Virus record (IMG/VR): IMGVR_UViG_3300033067_000444
Location: 1 to 53,835 of that record
Source of the DNA: a virus
Lineage: Duplodnaviria > Caudoviricetes
Direction: 5' to 3' (one strand)
DNA length: 53,835 bases
This document shows, one piece after another, positions 36,644 to 45,835 of the stretch. Made by a program: the position numbers and the translations under genes. The notes below the pieces were generated by a model. It made no database searches and was not told the origin of the DNA. It was given only the letters and a program-made list of their open reading frames with translations. Numbering within the stretch: position 1 is the stretch's first letter; every line of letters starts with the position of its first letter.

Positions 36644-37897
36644 ATGGCCAAGCACGCAATACTTTCAGCATCAGGGGCAGAGAAATGGAGCAATTGCGCT
36701 GCTGCCCCAAGAATGGAGATGCTGGCTCCGAAAGAAGATAATTCCTTCTACTCGGCGCAAGGCACGGCAGCGCACTACCTGGCTTCTGAGACGTTGAACG
36801 AAGGACATTTCAGGGTAGGGGAGGCGCTTCTAGGTTGGACGATCCACGTCACGCCTGAAGGGGATTGCTGTCTTGACCCCGACGGGAAAGACGCGAAGCT
36901 TGCCAACGCTGAATTCAGTTTCGAGATCGACGATGAAATGATTGGGCACGTTAACACGTACCTCGCTGCGATCAAAGACTTCAAGGGGGACGACGGTACA
37001 CTGTTCGTCGAACAAAGGGTCAGCCTTAAATGTATAACAGACGAGGAGGACGAAGAAGGGGAAGACGCGGAAGGAACAGCCGATACTATAATCATCCGTG
37101 GTACAGAACTTCAGGTACACGACTTAAAGTATGGGATGCTGTTTGTCCCTGTGGGGAAACAGTTAATAATGTATGCCAAAGCGGTGTACGAAGAATATTC
37201 CCTGATCTTCGATATCGACAGAATCCTGTTAGGTATTCACCAGCCACGAATAGGTAGTATGCCTATACTTTCGATGTCAGTTGATGAGTTGAACGAAGAA
37301 GCAGGAAAACTCAGCAAAGCGGCGGTTCTGGCCACACAGCTACTCTCTGCGGAAAGCGTGACCGATGTCGAGCCGTACCTTGTAGTTGGTGAACATTGCC
37401 GTAAGAACTATTGCAAGGCGCGTACCTTCTGCCCAGCGTATCGGGCTGAAATGAACAAGGTTCGACTCGTTGATTTGACGAGTATCGAGTCCTTGGTCGA
37501 GGCAGCGCAACACTTGGAAGCAGCGGAGGATTGCTGTAAACAGATTCGTGCCCGTATCATCACCGAGGTTCTGAACGGTGTAGAAGTACCAGGTTACAAA
37601 GCGGTGATGGGCAAGGAAGGCAATCGTAAGTGGGAAGATGAGAAAGCAGCGGAAGAGATGCTCGCGTCGTCGATGAAACTGAAGCACGAAATCATCTACG
37701 ACAAGTCGCTAAAGTCTCCGACTGCTATTGAAAAAGCTGCGAAGAAAGGTGACGTAGGACCGAAGCAGTGGAAGCGTATCCAAGAAATCATTGTACGGGA
37801 CGAAGCGAAGGTAACCGTAGTACCGGAATCAGACAAACGACCAGCGGTCAAGATAGAGGGCAGCGACCCGCTAGACGACTTCGATCTGGTTGAATAA
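36644..37897 (+). CDS. DUF2800 Cas4-like PD-(D/E)xK nuclease
   Basis: HA.LSAS.A..W..C, GT.AH, GTAD, DLKYG, QL..YA, IHQPR, C..YC....C. Confidence 0.88.
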   Translation: MAKHAILSASGAEKWSNCAAAPRMEMLAPKEDNSFYSAQGTAAHYLASETLNEGHFRVGEALLGWTIHVTPEGDCCLDPDGKDAKLANAEFSFEIDDEMIGHVNTYLAAIKDFKGDDGTLFVEQRVSLKCITDEEDEEGEDAEGTADTIIIRGTELQVHDLKYGMLFVPVGKQLIMYAKAVYEEYSLIFDIDRILLGIHQPRIGSMPILSMSVDELNEEAGKLSKAAVLATQLLSAESVTDVEPYLVVGEHCRKNYCKARTFCPAYRAEMNKVRLVDLTSIESLVEAAQHLEAAEDCCKQIRARIITEVLNGVEVPGYKAVMGKEGNRKWEDEKAAEEMLASSMKLKHEIIYDKSLKSPTAIEKAAKKGDVGPKQWKRIQEIIVRDEAKVTVVPESDKRPAVKIEGSDPLDDFDLVE

Positions 37898-37926
37898 CTA
37901 ATTTTAAAACGTAAGGAGTAATAACC

Positions 37927-38502
37927 ATGAGTCAAAGAGTAATTTTAAAAAATGTAAGACTGTCTTTCCCGAAACTGTTCGAGGCCGCACAGTTTCAACA
38001 AGGGCAAGGCAAAGCGCGATATGATGCAACTTTCCTGGTAGTGCCTGGATCGGACAATGAGAAGGCGATCTTGGCAGCTATTAGGGAAGAATGCAAGACC
38101 GCCTTTGGTGCCAAAGCCGATGCGAAACTGAAAGCGCTACAGAACGATTCCGGTAAGTTCTGTTACCAAGACGGCAACACGAAGGAGTACGACGGGTATG
38201 AAGATCACTTCTTCCTGTCTGCACACCGTAACGAAGAACAAGGGCCGCCAACGGTTGTCGATAGAGACAAGACGCCACTGACCCCCGCGAACGGTAAACC
38301 ATACGCAGGTTGTTACGTTAACGCCTCTGTCGATATTTGGGCGCAGGCTGGCCAGTACCCCGGTATTCGTTGTACATTGATAGCTGTACAGTTCTGCGCT
38401 GATGGTGATGCGTTTGCGGGTGCGCCTGCTACCGATGAAGACTTCGACGATATCTCTGATCCAGAAGACGGTGACGATGATATGGGTGATTTAGTAGGCT
38501 AA
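37927..38502 (+). CDS. DUF2815 single-stranded DNA-binding protein
   Basis: NVRLSFP.LF, YAGCYVNA, VQF..DG..F and an acidic tail. Confidence 0.88.
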   Translation: MSQRVILKNVRLSFPKLFEAAQFQQGQGKARYDATFLVVPGSDNEKAILAAIREECKTAFGAKADAKLKALQNDSGKFCYQDGNTKEYDGYEDHFFLSAHRNEEQGPPTVVDRDKTPLTPANGKPYAGCYVNASVDIWAQAGQYPGIRCTLIAVQFCADGDAFAGAPATDEDFDDISDPEDGDDDMGDLVG

Positions 38503-38589
38503 AAGAATTCTGTTGTAGCAGAATCGTGAGCATGTAACACGTAAAAACATGCAAAACCTTTTTAACATTTAACTTTTTGAGGAATTAAC

Positions 38590-38898
38590 ATGCGAAACTT
38601 ATTTACGCAGATTAAACAAAGTATTACCTTTTTCTTCCTGATGGTGCTAATTACCTTCACCGGCGTGGCGAATGCTACCGTTGAAACCTGGATAGCTTCC
38701 GGTGTTCGGCAAGTACAACTAGGTTCTTCAGCCCCTACCTTCTTACAACTGAGCGAAGACAACTTCGGGTCTGAAGCCTTGTGCAACGCATACATAGGTA
38801 CGCAAAATAATCTGACACTTGGCAACACTCCGGGGTCTAGTCAGAATGTCAAGCAAAGGGTTGATGCTGCCTGTAGCAAAGCAAGACCAGCAGAGTAA
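38590..38898 (+). CDS. Small exported protein with Sec-type signal peptide
   Basis: Basic N-region, hydrophobic core, A-N-A cleavage motif; two Cys; SD GAGG. Confidence 0.65.
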   Translation: MRNLFTQIKQSITFFFLMVLITFTGVANATVETWIASGVRQVQLGSSAPTFLQLSEDNFGSEALCNAYIGTQNNLTLGNTPGSSQNVKQRVDAACSKARPAE

Positions 38899-38907
38899 CA
38901 CGTAATA

Positions 38908-39110
38908 GGTAATACGTGGTCGATTTGAAAGTAGTACACAGATCGACCAGGCATTGCAGGGAGGGGCACTCCACATAGTGTACTAACTTCCGACCGTTCG
39001 AGCGGTGTACCTAGATCGACTACTATGCGCTACCCAGGGGTTGACCCTAAGTTACCAATCACAACCTCTGGCCTGCATAAAACTCAGTCCCTTTAAAAAT
39101 AAGATGAGTC
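38908..39110 (+). ncRNA. Candidate structured RNA (multi-stem, pseudoknot, alternative pairing)
   Basis: Stems 38917-27/38939-49, 38955-60/39072-77, 38974-79/39022-27; loop 38932-38 complementary to 38979-85. Confidence 0.5.
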
Positions 39111-39135
39111 AATAGTGGTAAACGGAAGAACAAGG

Positions 39136-39165
39136 GAGGGTGTCCAGGGATGGGCACCTTCTTTT
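39136..39165 (+). terminator. Rho-independent terminator
   Basis: GAGGGTGTCCA-GGGA-TGGGCACCTTC-TTTT. Confidence 0.7.
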
Positions 39166-39189
39166 AACGAGATAATAGGAGATTGGAAA

Positions 39190-39579
39190 ATGTTAATGTG
39201 GAGAAAAGAAGGAATTTTCACTGTAGGCGCAACGGAAGGGTACGCACACGCTGTCGTTCTCAGTGATATTGACAAAGAGCCAGTGCATGTGACCAACAGG
39301 TTAACCCCTGAAGAGTTCAGGCAGGTAGCGGATAAGTTGGAAGAGATACAGGGGAAGAAAGAAGAAAACGGAAAGGTGTTGTTACGCCTGGAGAAGCGGC
39401 TACGTGGCGAGGAAGTAATACACGTCGTGTACGACCAGGAAGGCGAGCGCATTGGTCTTTTCGCTCCTGATAACCTTATCGGTAGGGATGTGTTCACAAA
39501 GACAGCAGTGAGAGAACTTTCACCCGCAGAGGCGGCAAGGATAGCGGACTTCGCCAAACAATTAAATTTCAGATTATGA
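39190..39579 (+). CDS. Hypothetical protein
   Basis: Start moved to ATG 39190 (SD AGGAG), downstream of the terminator; stop overlaps the polymerase start. Confidence 0.6.
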   Translation: MLMWRKEGIFTVGATEGYAHAVVLSDIDKEPVHVTNRLTPEEFRQVADKLEEIQGKKEENGKVLLRLEKRLRGEEVIHVVYDQEGERIGLFAPDNLIGRDVFTKTAVRELSPAEAARIADFAKQLNFRL

Positions 39580-41654
39580 TTAAAAAACTCTGGCTTGACA
39601 CTGAAACGTACTGCGAAAAACCTATCAAGTGGGGGACGTACCAGTACGCCGAAGCGTGTGAGGTGATGATCGTAACGTATGCCTTTGATGACGGTGCAGT
39701 ACAGGAATGGGACGTAACAAGTGGCGAACCCGTACCAGACGATCTTGAGCAAGCGATCAACGAAGCTGAAGAGTTGTGGGCGCACAACACGCCGTTTGAC
39801 CGTAACGTGCTGCGTTTCAACTTCCCCGAGTTCAATTGGACACGCGAGCGTTGGCGTGACACGATGGTGCAGGCATACGAACACTCGCTGCCTGGTGCAT
39901 TAGGTAAGGTAGCCGAGGCGTTGAAACTACCCACCGACCAGGTGAAAGACAAACGCGGCAAGACGCACATTCACCTGTTCTGCAAACCCCGCCCGAAGAC
40001 CTCTAAGATCCGCAGGGCAACACGTGAGACACACCCGGCAGAGTGGGCTGAATTCTTGGAGTACGCGAAGCAAGATATCGTCACGATGCGTGCCGCCCAT
40101 CACAAAATGCCGAAATGGAACTATCCGAATAACCCGAACGAACTGGCGTACTGGCATCTCGACCAGAAGATAAACGACCGGGGGTTTAAGGTCGACATGG
40201 AACTGGTCGAAGCCGCTATCGAGACCGTGCGAATTGAGAAGCTCGACCTAAAGAAGCAAACAGTAGAAGCAACCAACGGTGTGCTCTCGAGTACGACCAA
40301 GAGCGTAAAATTGTTGGAGCATATCCTCGAGTACCACGGTGTTGGCCTGCCCGACTTACAGAAGGCCACGATTCAGCGAAGACTCGACGATCCCGAACTA
40401 CCTGACGGTGTGAGAGAACTGCTCGCTATCCGGTTACAAGACGCATCGGCGAGTACGAGCAAGTATGTCGCCTTACAACGTGCTACGAGTTCCGATGGAC
40501 GTTGTAAAGGTACGATTCAGTTCTGTGGCGCAAAGCGAACAGGACGTGGGGCAGGGCGCACGTTTCAACCACAAAACTTACCGAGTAGAGGTATCTTGGA
40601 AGGCGACGAACTCGACATCGGTATCGAGTTTATCAAGTTGCTGTGTGCGGGTAAGGTGTTCCCGAATTTGATGAAGCTTCTATCCTCCGCCGTGAGGGGT
40701 TGCTTAATCGCGGAAGAGGATAAGAAGTTAGTTGTAGCCGATTTGTCCAATATCGAAGGCCGACTTGCCGCCTGGTTCGCAGGTGAAGAGTGGAAGCTTG
40801 AAGCCTTCCGCGAGTTCGATGCAGGCGAAGGCCACGACTTGTACAACCTGGCGTATTCCAAGGCGTTCCGCATTGACGTTGGCGATGTTACTAAGCCACA
40901 ACGCGCTATAGGTAAGGTCATGGAATTGTTCCTGGGCTACGCAGGAGGTGTCGGGGCTTTCGTAACAGGAGCCGCCGGTTACGGGTTCGATATCGAAGAA
41001 CTGGCTGAAGACAACTACGACACCTTACCAACGGAACAACTGCAACAAGCGGAAGACTTCTACGACTGGATGATTAAGAAAAACAAATCTACTTTCGGAT
41101 TGTCCCGTCAGGGGTTCGTGACGTGCGACGTATTCAAAAGATTGTGGCGCGAATCGAACAGCGCAATTGCTGCGTACTGGAAGATACTCGAAAATTGCGC
41201 GAAGAAGGCCATCAAAAAACGCGGCCAATGGTTCGATGCGGGTCCGCACATTAAAATGCGCTGTGATGGTGGCTGGCTGCGTGTGCGCCTGCCTTCTGGT
41301 AGGTTCCTGTGCTACCCGTCTCCGCGTCTCGAAGGGTCTGACGAATCTATTACTTACATGGGCGACAATCCTTACACACGGCAATGGACTCGACTGAAGA
41401 CTTACGGCGGCAAGTTGTTGGAAAATATCTGTCAGGCAACGGGCAGGGAGATACTGTACGCCGGTATGTTGGAAGCTGAAGCACACGGCTATGAAACCCT
41501 TATCAGTGTTCACGATGAACTCGTTACAGAAACATTAGATAAAAAAGAGTTGACAGTCGATAAACTCTCTGCAATAATGAGCCGTGATTTGAGTTGGACT
41601 AGAGGGTTGCCGCTCGCAGCGGCAGGATTTGAGAGTTACCGTTACAGGAAATAG
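39576..41654 (+). CDS. polA: Family A DNA polymerase with 3'-5' exonuclease
   Basis: ExoI LDTET, ExoII AHN..FD, ExoIII Y..QD, RTGR, motif A DLSNIEGR, motif B R...K...L..GY, motif C VHDE. Confidence 0.93.
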   Translation: MIKKLWLDTETYCEKPIKWGTYQYAEACEVMIVTYAFDDGAVQEWDVTSGEPVPDDLEQAINEAEELWAHNTPFDRNVLRFNFPEFNWTRERWRDTMVQAYEHSLPGALGKVAEALKLPTDQVKDKRGKTHIHLFCKPRPKTSKIRRATRETHPAEWAEFLEYAKQDIVTMRAAHHKMPKWNYPNNPNELAYWHLDQKINDRGFKVDMELVEAAIETVRIEKLDLKKQTVEATNGVLSSTTKSVKLLEHILEYHGVGLPDLQKATIQRRLDDPELPDGVRELLAIRLQDASASTSKYVALQRATSSDGRCKGTIQFCGAKRTGRGAGRTFQPQNLPSRGILEGDELDIGIEFIKLLCAGKVFPNLMKLLSSAVRGCLIAEEDKKLVVADLSNIEGRLAAWFAGEEWKLEAFREFDAGEGHDLYNLAYSKAFRIDVGDVTKPQRAIGKVMELFLGYAGGVGAFVTGAAGYGFDIEELAEDNYDTLPTEQLQQAEDFYDWMIKKNKSTFGLSRQGFVTCDVFKRLWRESNSAIAAYWKILENCAKKAIKKRGQWFDAGPHIKMRCDGGWLRVRLPSGRFLCYPSPRLEGSDESITYMGDNPYTRQWTRLKTYGGKLLENICQATGREILYAGMLEAEAHGYETLISVHDELVTETLDKKELTVDKLSAIMSRDLSWTRGLPLAAAGFESYRYRK

Positions 41655-41663
41655 GGAGTTGAC

Positions 41664-41864
41664 ATGCAAAAATTCGAGAAGAGAAAAATAGAGATTGAGA
41701 TAAATGTGCCCGTAGGGTTTGAGGTATTTAAGGTCATGGCTACACAGTATTGCCTGAGTGACACGAACATATTGATAGGCCAGACTGGTGTGGTGCAAGG
41801 CTGCGAACACATCGGGGAACAAGTTAATGTGAAGATTGCATTCGTTAAGGAGAAACAATCATGA
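41664..41864 (+). CDS. Hypothetical protein
   Basis: 66 aa, SD GGGAG. Confidence 0.55.
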   Translation: MQKFEKRKIEIEINVPVGFEVFKVMATQYCLSDTNILIGQTGVVQGCEHIGEQVNVKIAFVKEKQS

Positions 41865-41999
41865 GGGATTATCACCGGCACGACTACAACAAAGGATACA
41901 AGTCATCACCAGAGATTGTACTGGTAGCCGTGATCTTCGGCTACCTGGTCGTTGATTTGTCTTGGGATCACGTTTTTAATTACTTTGGATTTTAATATC

Positions 42000-42185
42000 A
42001 TGGAAGCTGAAAAGAGATGTGAGGAGATGTACGGCAGGGTCGCTGCCCTGCAAAAAGAAGGTATGGCATTGGGGGTGGCGCAAGGCACAATTGTGATAGG
42101 TTACGTCGCCTATCTCTTTGCCAAGGTTGAAGAACTAGAAACCAGATTAACCGTGCTCGAAGAGAATGAAAGAAAAGGTAGTTGA
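42000..42185 (+). CDS. Hypothetical protein
   Basis: Tiled small ORF; start uncertain (41952 or 42000). Confidence 0.45.
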   Translation: MEAEKRCEEMYGRVAALQKEGMALGVAQGTIVIGYVAYLFAKVEELETRLTVLEENERKGS

Positions 42186-42459
42186 AACCTACCTGAAAGA
42201 GCAGGTCGAGAAGTACAGGGGAGAAGTGCGTAAACTCAAATGGATCAACCGCCACGGTGCGCCCGACAGACTCGTGTTGTTGAACGGTGTTTATTTCGTG
42301 GAGTTGAAACGCCCTGGCGAGAAGTTGGAACTGCACCAGGAAAGAGAAGCAAAGCGTTTGCGGAAGCACGGAGCGGATGTACGGATGATTGATACCCTCG
42401 AAGGGGTAGATAATTTTATAAAGGAGATTACAGGAAATGAGTTACAGCGAAGAAGTTAA
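42166..42459 (+). CDS. VRR-NUC domain nuclease
   Basis: E..VE..L, G.PDR, FVELK.P......Q. Confidence 0.9.
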   Translation: MKEKVVETYLKEQVEKYRGEVRKLKWINRHGAPDRLVLLNGVYFVELKRPGEKLELHQEREAKRLRKHGADVRMIDTLEGVDNFIKEITGNELQRRS

Positions 42460-43180
42460 ACAACTGGCGTACAAGATGGATGAAGAATGTTGGGTGAGCT
42501 ATTCAGGTCAACCAGCCGGATACAAGAGAGCGATGGATAAACGCCGCGTATTCTCGCTCGATATTGCGTCCCACATTCTGCGGGAAAGAGCTAAGATGCG
42601 AGTAGTACACGCACCAGAGAAGGAGAACACCGAACTGAGTGATCGAGAAAAGTTACTCAAACACTACAACGAAGTAATCATACCGATGTGCAAGGGAACA
42701 ATGGTTAAGCCTTGGGAGTGCGTTCGACTGGACGGTGACTCCTCGTTTATAGGGAATCCAGGTTTCAGGGCAGAGCCGCGTGGTCGCTACGAGTTCGCCA
42801 TTACCGTGCACCTGAACCGTCCTGTGTGGGTGGGTTCTGTGCTGTATAACACCAACACGGCGGACAAGATAACGATACGAGGGATAAACGAAGAAGGAAG
42901 GCTACTGGCCTACTTCATGAGCTGCAAGATACTCCTCACCTCTGATTGGCGTGAGTGGGCTGTGTGGGACGAACCAGTGAAACAGGGGGCACCTACGAGG
43001 GTGTATGTAGGCCGACCAGCCTGTAACGGGTCCGTATCTGTTCCCGAAGAACTTCGTGTTGCAGGCCCTACCGTGGTGTTGACCTTCGGCAACAGTAAGG
43101 ACGCAGTTGAATTCTACGAGGTGTTCGGTAAGGTGTCCGATGAGAAAGAAATACGACTGTCGGGGAGATATTGGAAATGA
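42437..43180 (+). CDS. Hypothetical protein
   Basis: 247 aa, SD AAGGAG, tiled. Confidence 0.65.
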   Translation: MSYSEEVKQLAYKMDEECWVSYSGQPAGYKRAMDKRRVFSLDIASHILRERAKMRVVHAPEKENTELSDREKLLKHYNEVIIPMCKGTMVKPWECVRLDGDSSFIGNPGFRAEPRGRYEFAITVHLNRPVWVGSVLYNTNTADKITIRGINEEGRLLAYFMSCKILLTSDWREWAVWDEPVKQGAPTRVYVGRPACNGSVSVPEELRVAGPTVVLTFGNSKDAVEFYEVFGKVSDEKEIRLSGRYWK

Positions 43181-43299
43181 GAAGAAAATTAGTAAACTGG
43201 GATGCGGTTGCCGCATTGGTAGTGTTAACGGTAGCAGGCACGGCGGTGTTCTTCGTCGTGTTTGACTTGATACTAGCAACACTCAGTCGGGCAGGGTAG
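43177..43299 (+). CDS. Small membrane peptide (40 aa)
   Basis: ATGA overlap with the upstream stop; MRRKLVNWDAVAALVVLTVAGTAVFFVVF...; fills the gap before the helicase. Confidence 0.5.
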   Translation: MRRKLVNWDAVAALVVLTVAGTAVFFVVFDLILATLSRAG

Positions 43300-43305
43300 G
43301 GTAGG

Positions 43306-44715
43306 ATGGCACGTATTGAGTTCACCGCCAAGGAGTACCAAGACACGATAATCGACTATATTGAGAACACCGACAGGGGTGCGATATGGGCGGGGATGGG
43401 CATGGGCAAAACCTCGTCAACACTCACCGCTCTCGACCGTCGCTTTCTACAGGGCTACGACCGCCCTGTTTTGGTACTTGCCCCGAAGATGGTGGCAGAG
43501 ACTACATGGCCGGAAGAAGCCAGAAAGTGGAAGCACTTACGCCATACGCGAGTCGTGCCGATTATCGGGGATGAGGCAGCACGTCGCAGGGCTTTGAGCG
43601 TTGATGCTTCGATCTACACCACGAATTACGAGCAAGTGCCCTGGCTCGTCGAACACTTTGGTGAACGTTGGCCTTTTCAACATATCATCGCGGACGAGAG
43701 CACACGGCTGAAGAACTTCAGGCTCAGGCAGGGGGGAGTGCGTGCCAAAGCTTTGGGTTCGATTGCACACTCTAAGGTCAAGCAGTTCCACGAGTTGACG
43801 GGTACGCCTGCACCGAATGGGTTGCTTGACCTTTGGGGGCAGATATGGATGCTTGACGCAGGCATGCGTTTGGGCAGATCGTACACAGCCTTCCGTGATC
43901 GTTGGTTCGGTTCTGGTTATGATGGTTCGTGGAAACCTTTTGAACACAGCGAAGCGCAGATACACGCGGCCATCAAGGACTTATGCCTGACGATTAACCC
44001 GGCTGACTACTTCGATCTTGAAGAGCCGATAGTAGTGAACAAGTTCATCGACCTGCCACCGAGGGCGAGAGCGTTGTACGACGAAATGGAAAAGAAGTTT
44101 TTCATTGAAATCGAAGGGCATGAAGTAGAAGCATTCCACTCAGCGGCACGCAGTCAGAAATTGTTACAACTTGCTAATGGTGCGATCTACGTCGACCCTT
44201 TGGTAGAGACGGACGAAGATCCCCGCAGTCTTGAATTCAAGGGCGTGCACGACACGAAGATCGAAGCACTTGAAAGTATCGTGAACGAAGCGAACGGTAT
44301 GCCGGTGTTGGTGGCATTCAACTTCAGATCAGATTTAACAAGACTGAAGAAGGCGTTCCCGAAAGGCGTGCACCTGAAGAGCAAAGGCAACACCGCGATA
44401 CAAAGGGATTGGAACGAAGGCAAGATTCCGGTTATGTTCGGATATCCGGGCAGCATCGGCCATGGCTTGAACTTACAAGACGGAGGGAATATACTTGTTT
44501 TCTTCGGACACAATTGGAACCTGGAACACCGCTTACAGATACTCGAACGGATAGGACCAATGAGGCAGCTACAGGCGGGCAACAACCGACCTGTTTTTAT
44601 TTACAATATCATCGCAAGAGATACCATCGACGAGCTAGTAATGGCTCGCGTAGAAACCAAGAAATCAGTACAAGATATCTTGCTCGAAGCGATGAGTTCA
44701 CGGAAAAGGAAATGA
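43306..44715 (+). CDS. SNF2-family helicase
   Basis: MGMGKT, DES, LTGTP, G.GLNLQ, RI...RQ. Confidence 0.92.
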   Translation: MARIEFTAKEYQDTIIDYIENTDRGAIWAGMGMGKTSSTLTALDRRFLQGYDRPVLVLAPKMVAETTWPEEARKWKHLRHTRVVPIIGDEAARRRALSVDASIYTTNYEQVPWLVEHFGERWPFQHIIADESTRLKNFRLRQGGVRAKALGSIAHSKVKQFHELTGTPAPNGLLDLWGQIWMLDAGMRLGRSYTAFRDRWFGSGYDGSWKPFEHSEAQIHAAIKDLCLTINPADYFDLEEPIVVNKFIDLPPRARALYDEMEKKFFIEIEGHEVEAFHSAARSQKLLQLANGAIYVDPLVETDEDPRSLEFKGVHDTKIEALESIVNEANGMPVLVAFNFRSDLTRLKKAFPKGVHLKSKGNTAIQRDWNEGKIPVMFGYPGSIGHGLNLQDGGNILVFFGHNWNLEHRLQILERIGPMRQLQAGNNRPVFIYNIIARDTIDELVMARVETKKSVQDILLEAMSSRKRK

Positions 44716-44927
44716 CCATGCAATTCATAAATGTCAAGACAAGTACAACAAAGGATGTTGAGATAACGGAGGATGGCGTAACAGTATTCGAGGGCAGTGT
44801 AACCGATAATGGTTCGGAACAAGCTTGGCACGATTTTATCGGGGGAGTGTACGCCGCAGGTATTAGGGTGGGCGTAACTAAGGCTTTATCCTCGAAAGAT
44901 TCGACAATCAATGACCGACCAAGCTAA
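44712..44927 (+). CDS. Hypothetical protein
   Basis: Start at ATGA overlap 44712 rather than 44409. Confidence 0.55.
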   Translation: MTMQFINVKTSTTKDVEITEDGVTVFEGSVTDNGSEQAWHDFIGGVYAAGIRVGVTKALSSKDSTINDRPS

Positions 44928-45129
44928 AGAATTCGGGGAGTGTGAAGTCTCCACCACGGACGAAGTACCGTGGCGGTACTACGCACCCCCGAACAAGGAA
45001 GCGAAGAGCCTGTTACTCACAACGGGCAAGGTGGCGATTGTCGGACGATGGGGTAGCGGGCAGGGCGTGATAGCTTGGTGCCCGTTACCGAAACGTAACA
45101 AGGAACTGGAAGAGGAGCTAGGGGTATGA
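44911..45129 (+). CDS. Hypothetical protein (DUF551-like AW.PLP motif)
   Basis: K.LLLT..G.A..G.W.......AW.PLP. Confidence 0.6.
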   Translation: MTDQAKEFGECEVSTTDEVPWRYYAPPNKEAKSLLLTTGKVAIVGRWGSGQGVIAWCPLPKRNKELEEELGV

Positions 45130-45353
45130 ACTTCTGCCAAACACTAGATACCGCTCTCGATGCGTTGACTCCCGATGAGAGGAGGGCGCTGCGGTACATC
45201 ACTCTCCCAGGATGGGCGTATGAAGAGCTAGTAGAGCGATCCAGCCCGAAGTTATCCACCGGTGAGACGTTCTTACGGTACGATACTATCCCGTTGATAG
45301 TTTCTTCTCGGGCGGAGAAGTGTACCTTTACTTTTGAGGAGTTAGGGGTATGA
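45126..45353 (+). CDS. Hypothetical protein
   Basis: Tiled with ATGA overlaps. Confidence 0.55.
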   Translation: MNFCQTLDTALDALTPDERRALRYITLPGWAYEELVERSSPKLSTGETFLRYDTIPLIVSSRAEKCTFTFEELGV

Positions 45354-45601
45354 CAATCAGTCATGAAATTGTACGTGAGATATACCGCCTCGTGCGTGAA
45401 GAGGGGTACGCTCCTGACCTGAGCGGGATACAGGAGATGTGTTTTTCTCCTGCTGGCTACAACGAGCTTAGAACGCAATCTGATGCGCTTCGCTATTTAG
45501 AGCTAGCGAAAGAAGGGGATAAATTCTACGGAATACCCGTCAAAATTAATCGTAGACAAGAGGATAGATTCAGAGTAATATGTAAACCCACTGACGATTA
45601 G
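45350..45601 (+). CDS. Hypothetical protein
   Basis: Tiled with ATGA overlap. Confidence 0.55.
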   Translation: MTISHEIVREIYRLVREEGYAPDLSGIQEMCFSPAGYNELRTQSDALRYLELAKEGDKFYGIPVKINRRQEDRFRVICKPTDD

Positions 45602-45608
45602 TCAGTAC

Positions 45609-45690
45609 CAACAACTGAGAGCATTCAACGTGTTCTGGCACGTTGAATGAGTAGGCTACAAACTACCAGAGTTAGTGCTGTCAGTTGTTG
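45609..45690 (+). ncRNA. Candidate small structured RNA with pseudoknot
   Basis: 10-bp outer stem, 11-bp inner hairpin, loop TTCTGG complementary to CCAGAG (45666-71). Confidence 0.45.
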
Positions 45691-45749
45691 ATTAGGTTGG
45701 GGGACTCCTGGTCTTAGCGCAACCAACACGTCATCCCCACACACGGGGA

Positions 45750-45835
45750 ACCAACAAGACAAGAATCTATTGCTATTAAGAATAGGTTATGGGAATCTCC
45801 GAGGTTTGGTGATTTTAGATTCTTGTCTTGTTGGT
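45750..45835. repeat. Perfect 20-bp inverted repeat with 46-nt spacer
   Basis: ACCAACAAGACAAGAATCTA (45750-69) / TAGATTCTTGTCTTGTTGGT (45816-35). Confidence 0.95.

Noticed and set aside
39093-39884. 263-aa minus-strand ORF and the longer 39115 start
   Set aside because: Antisense to polA and its upstream gene; the 39115 extension runs through a terminator, whereas 39190 has an SD.
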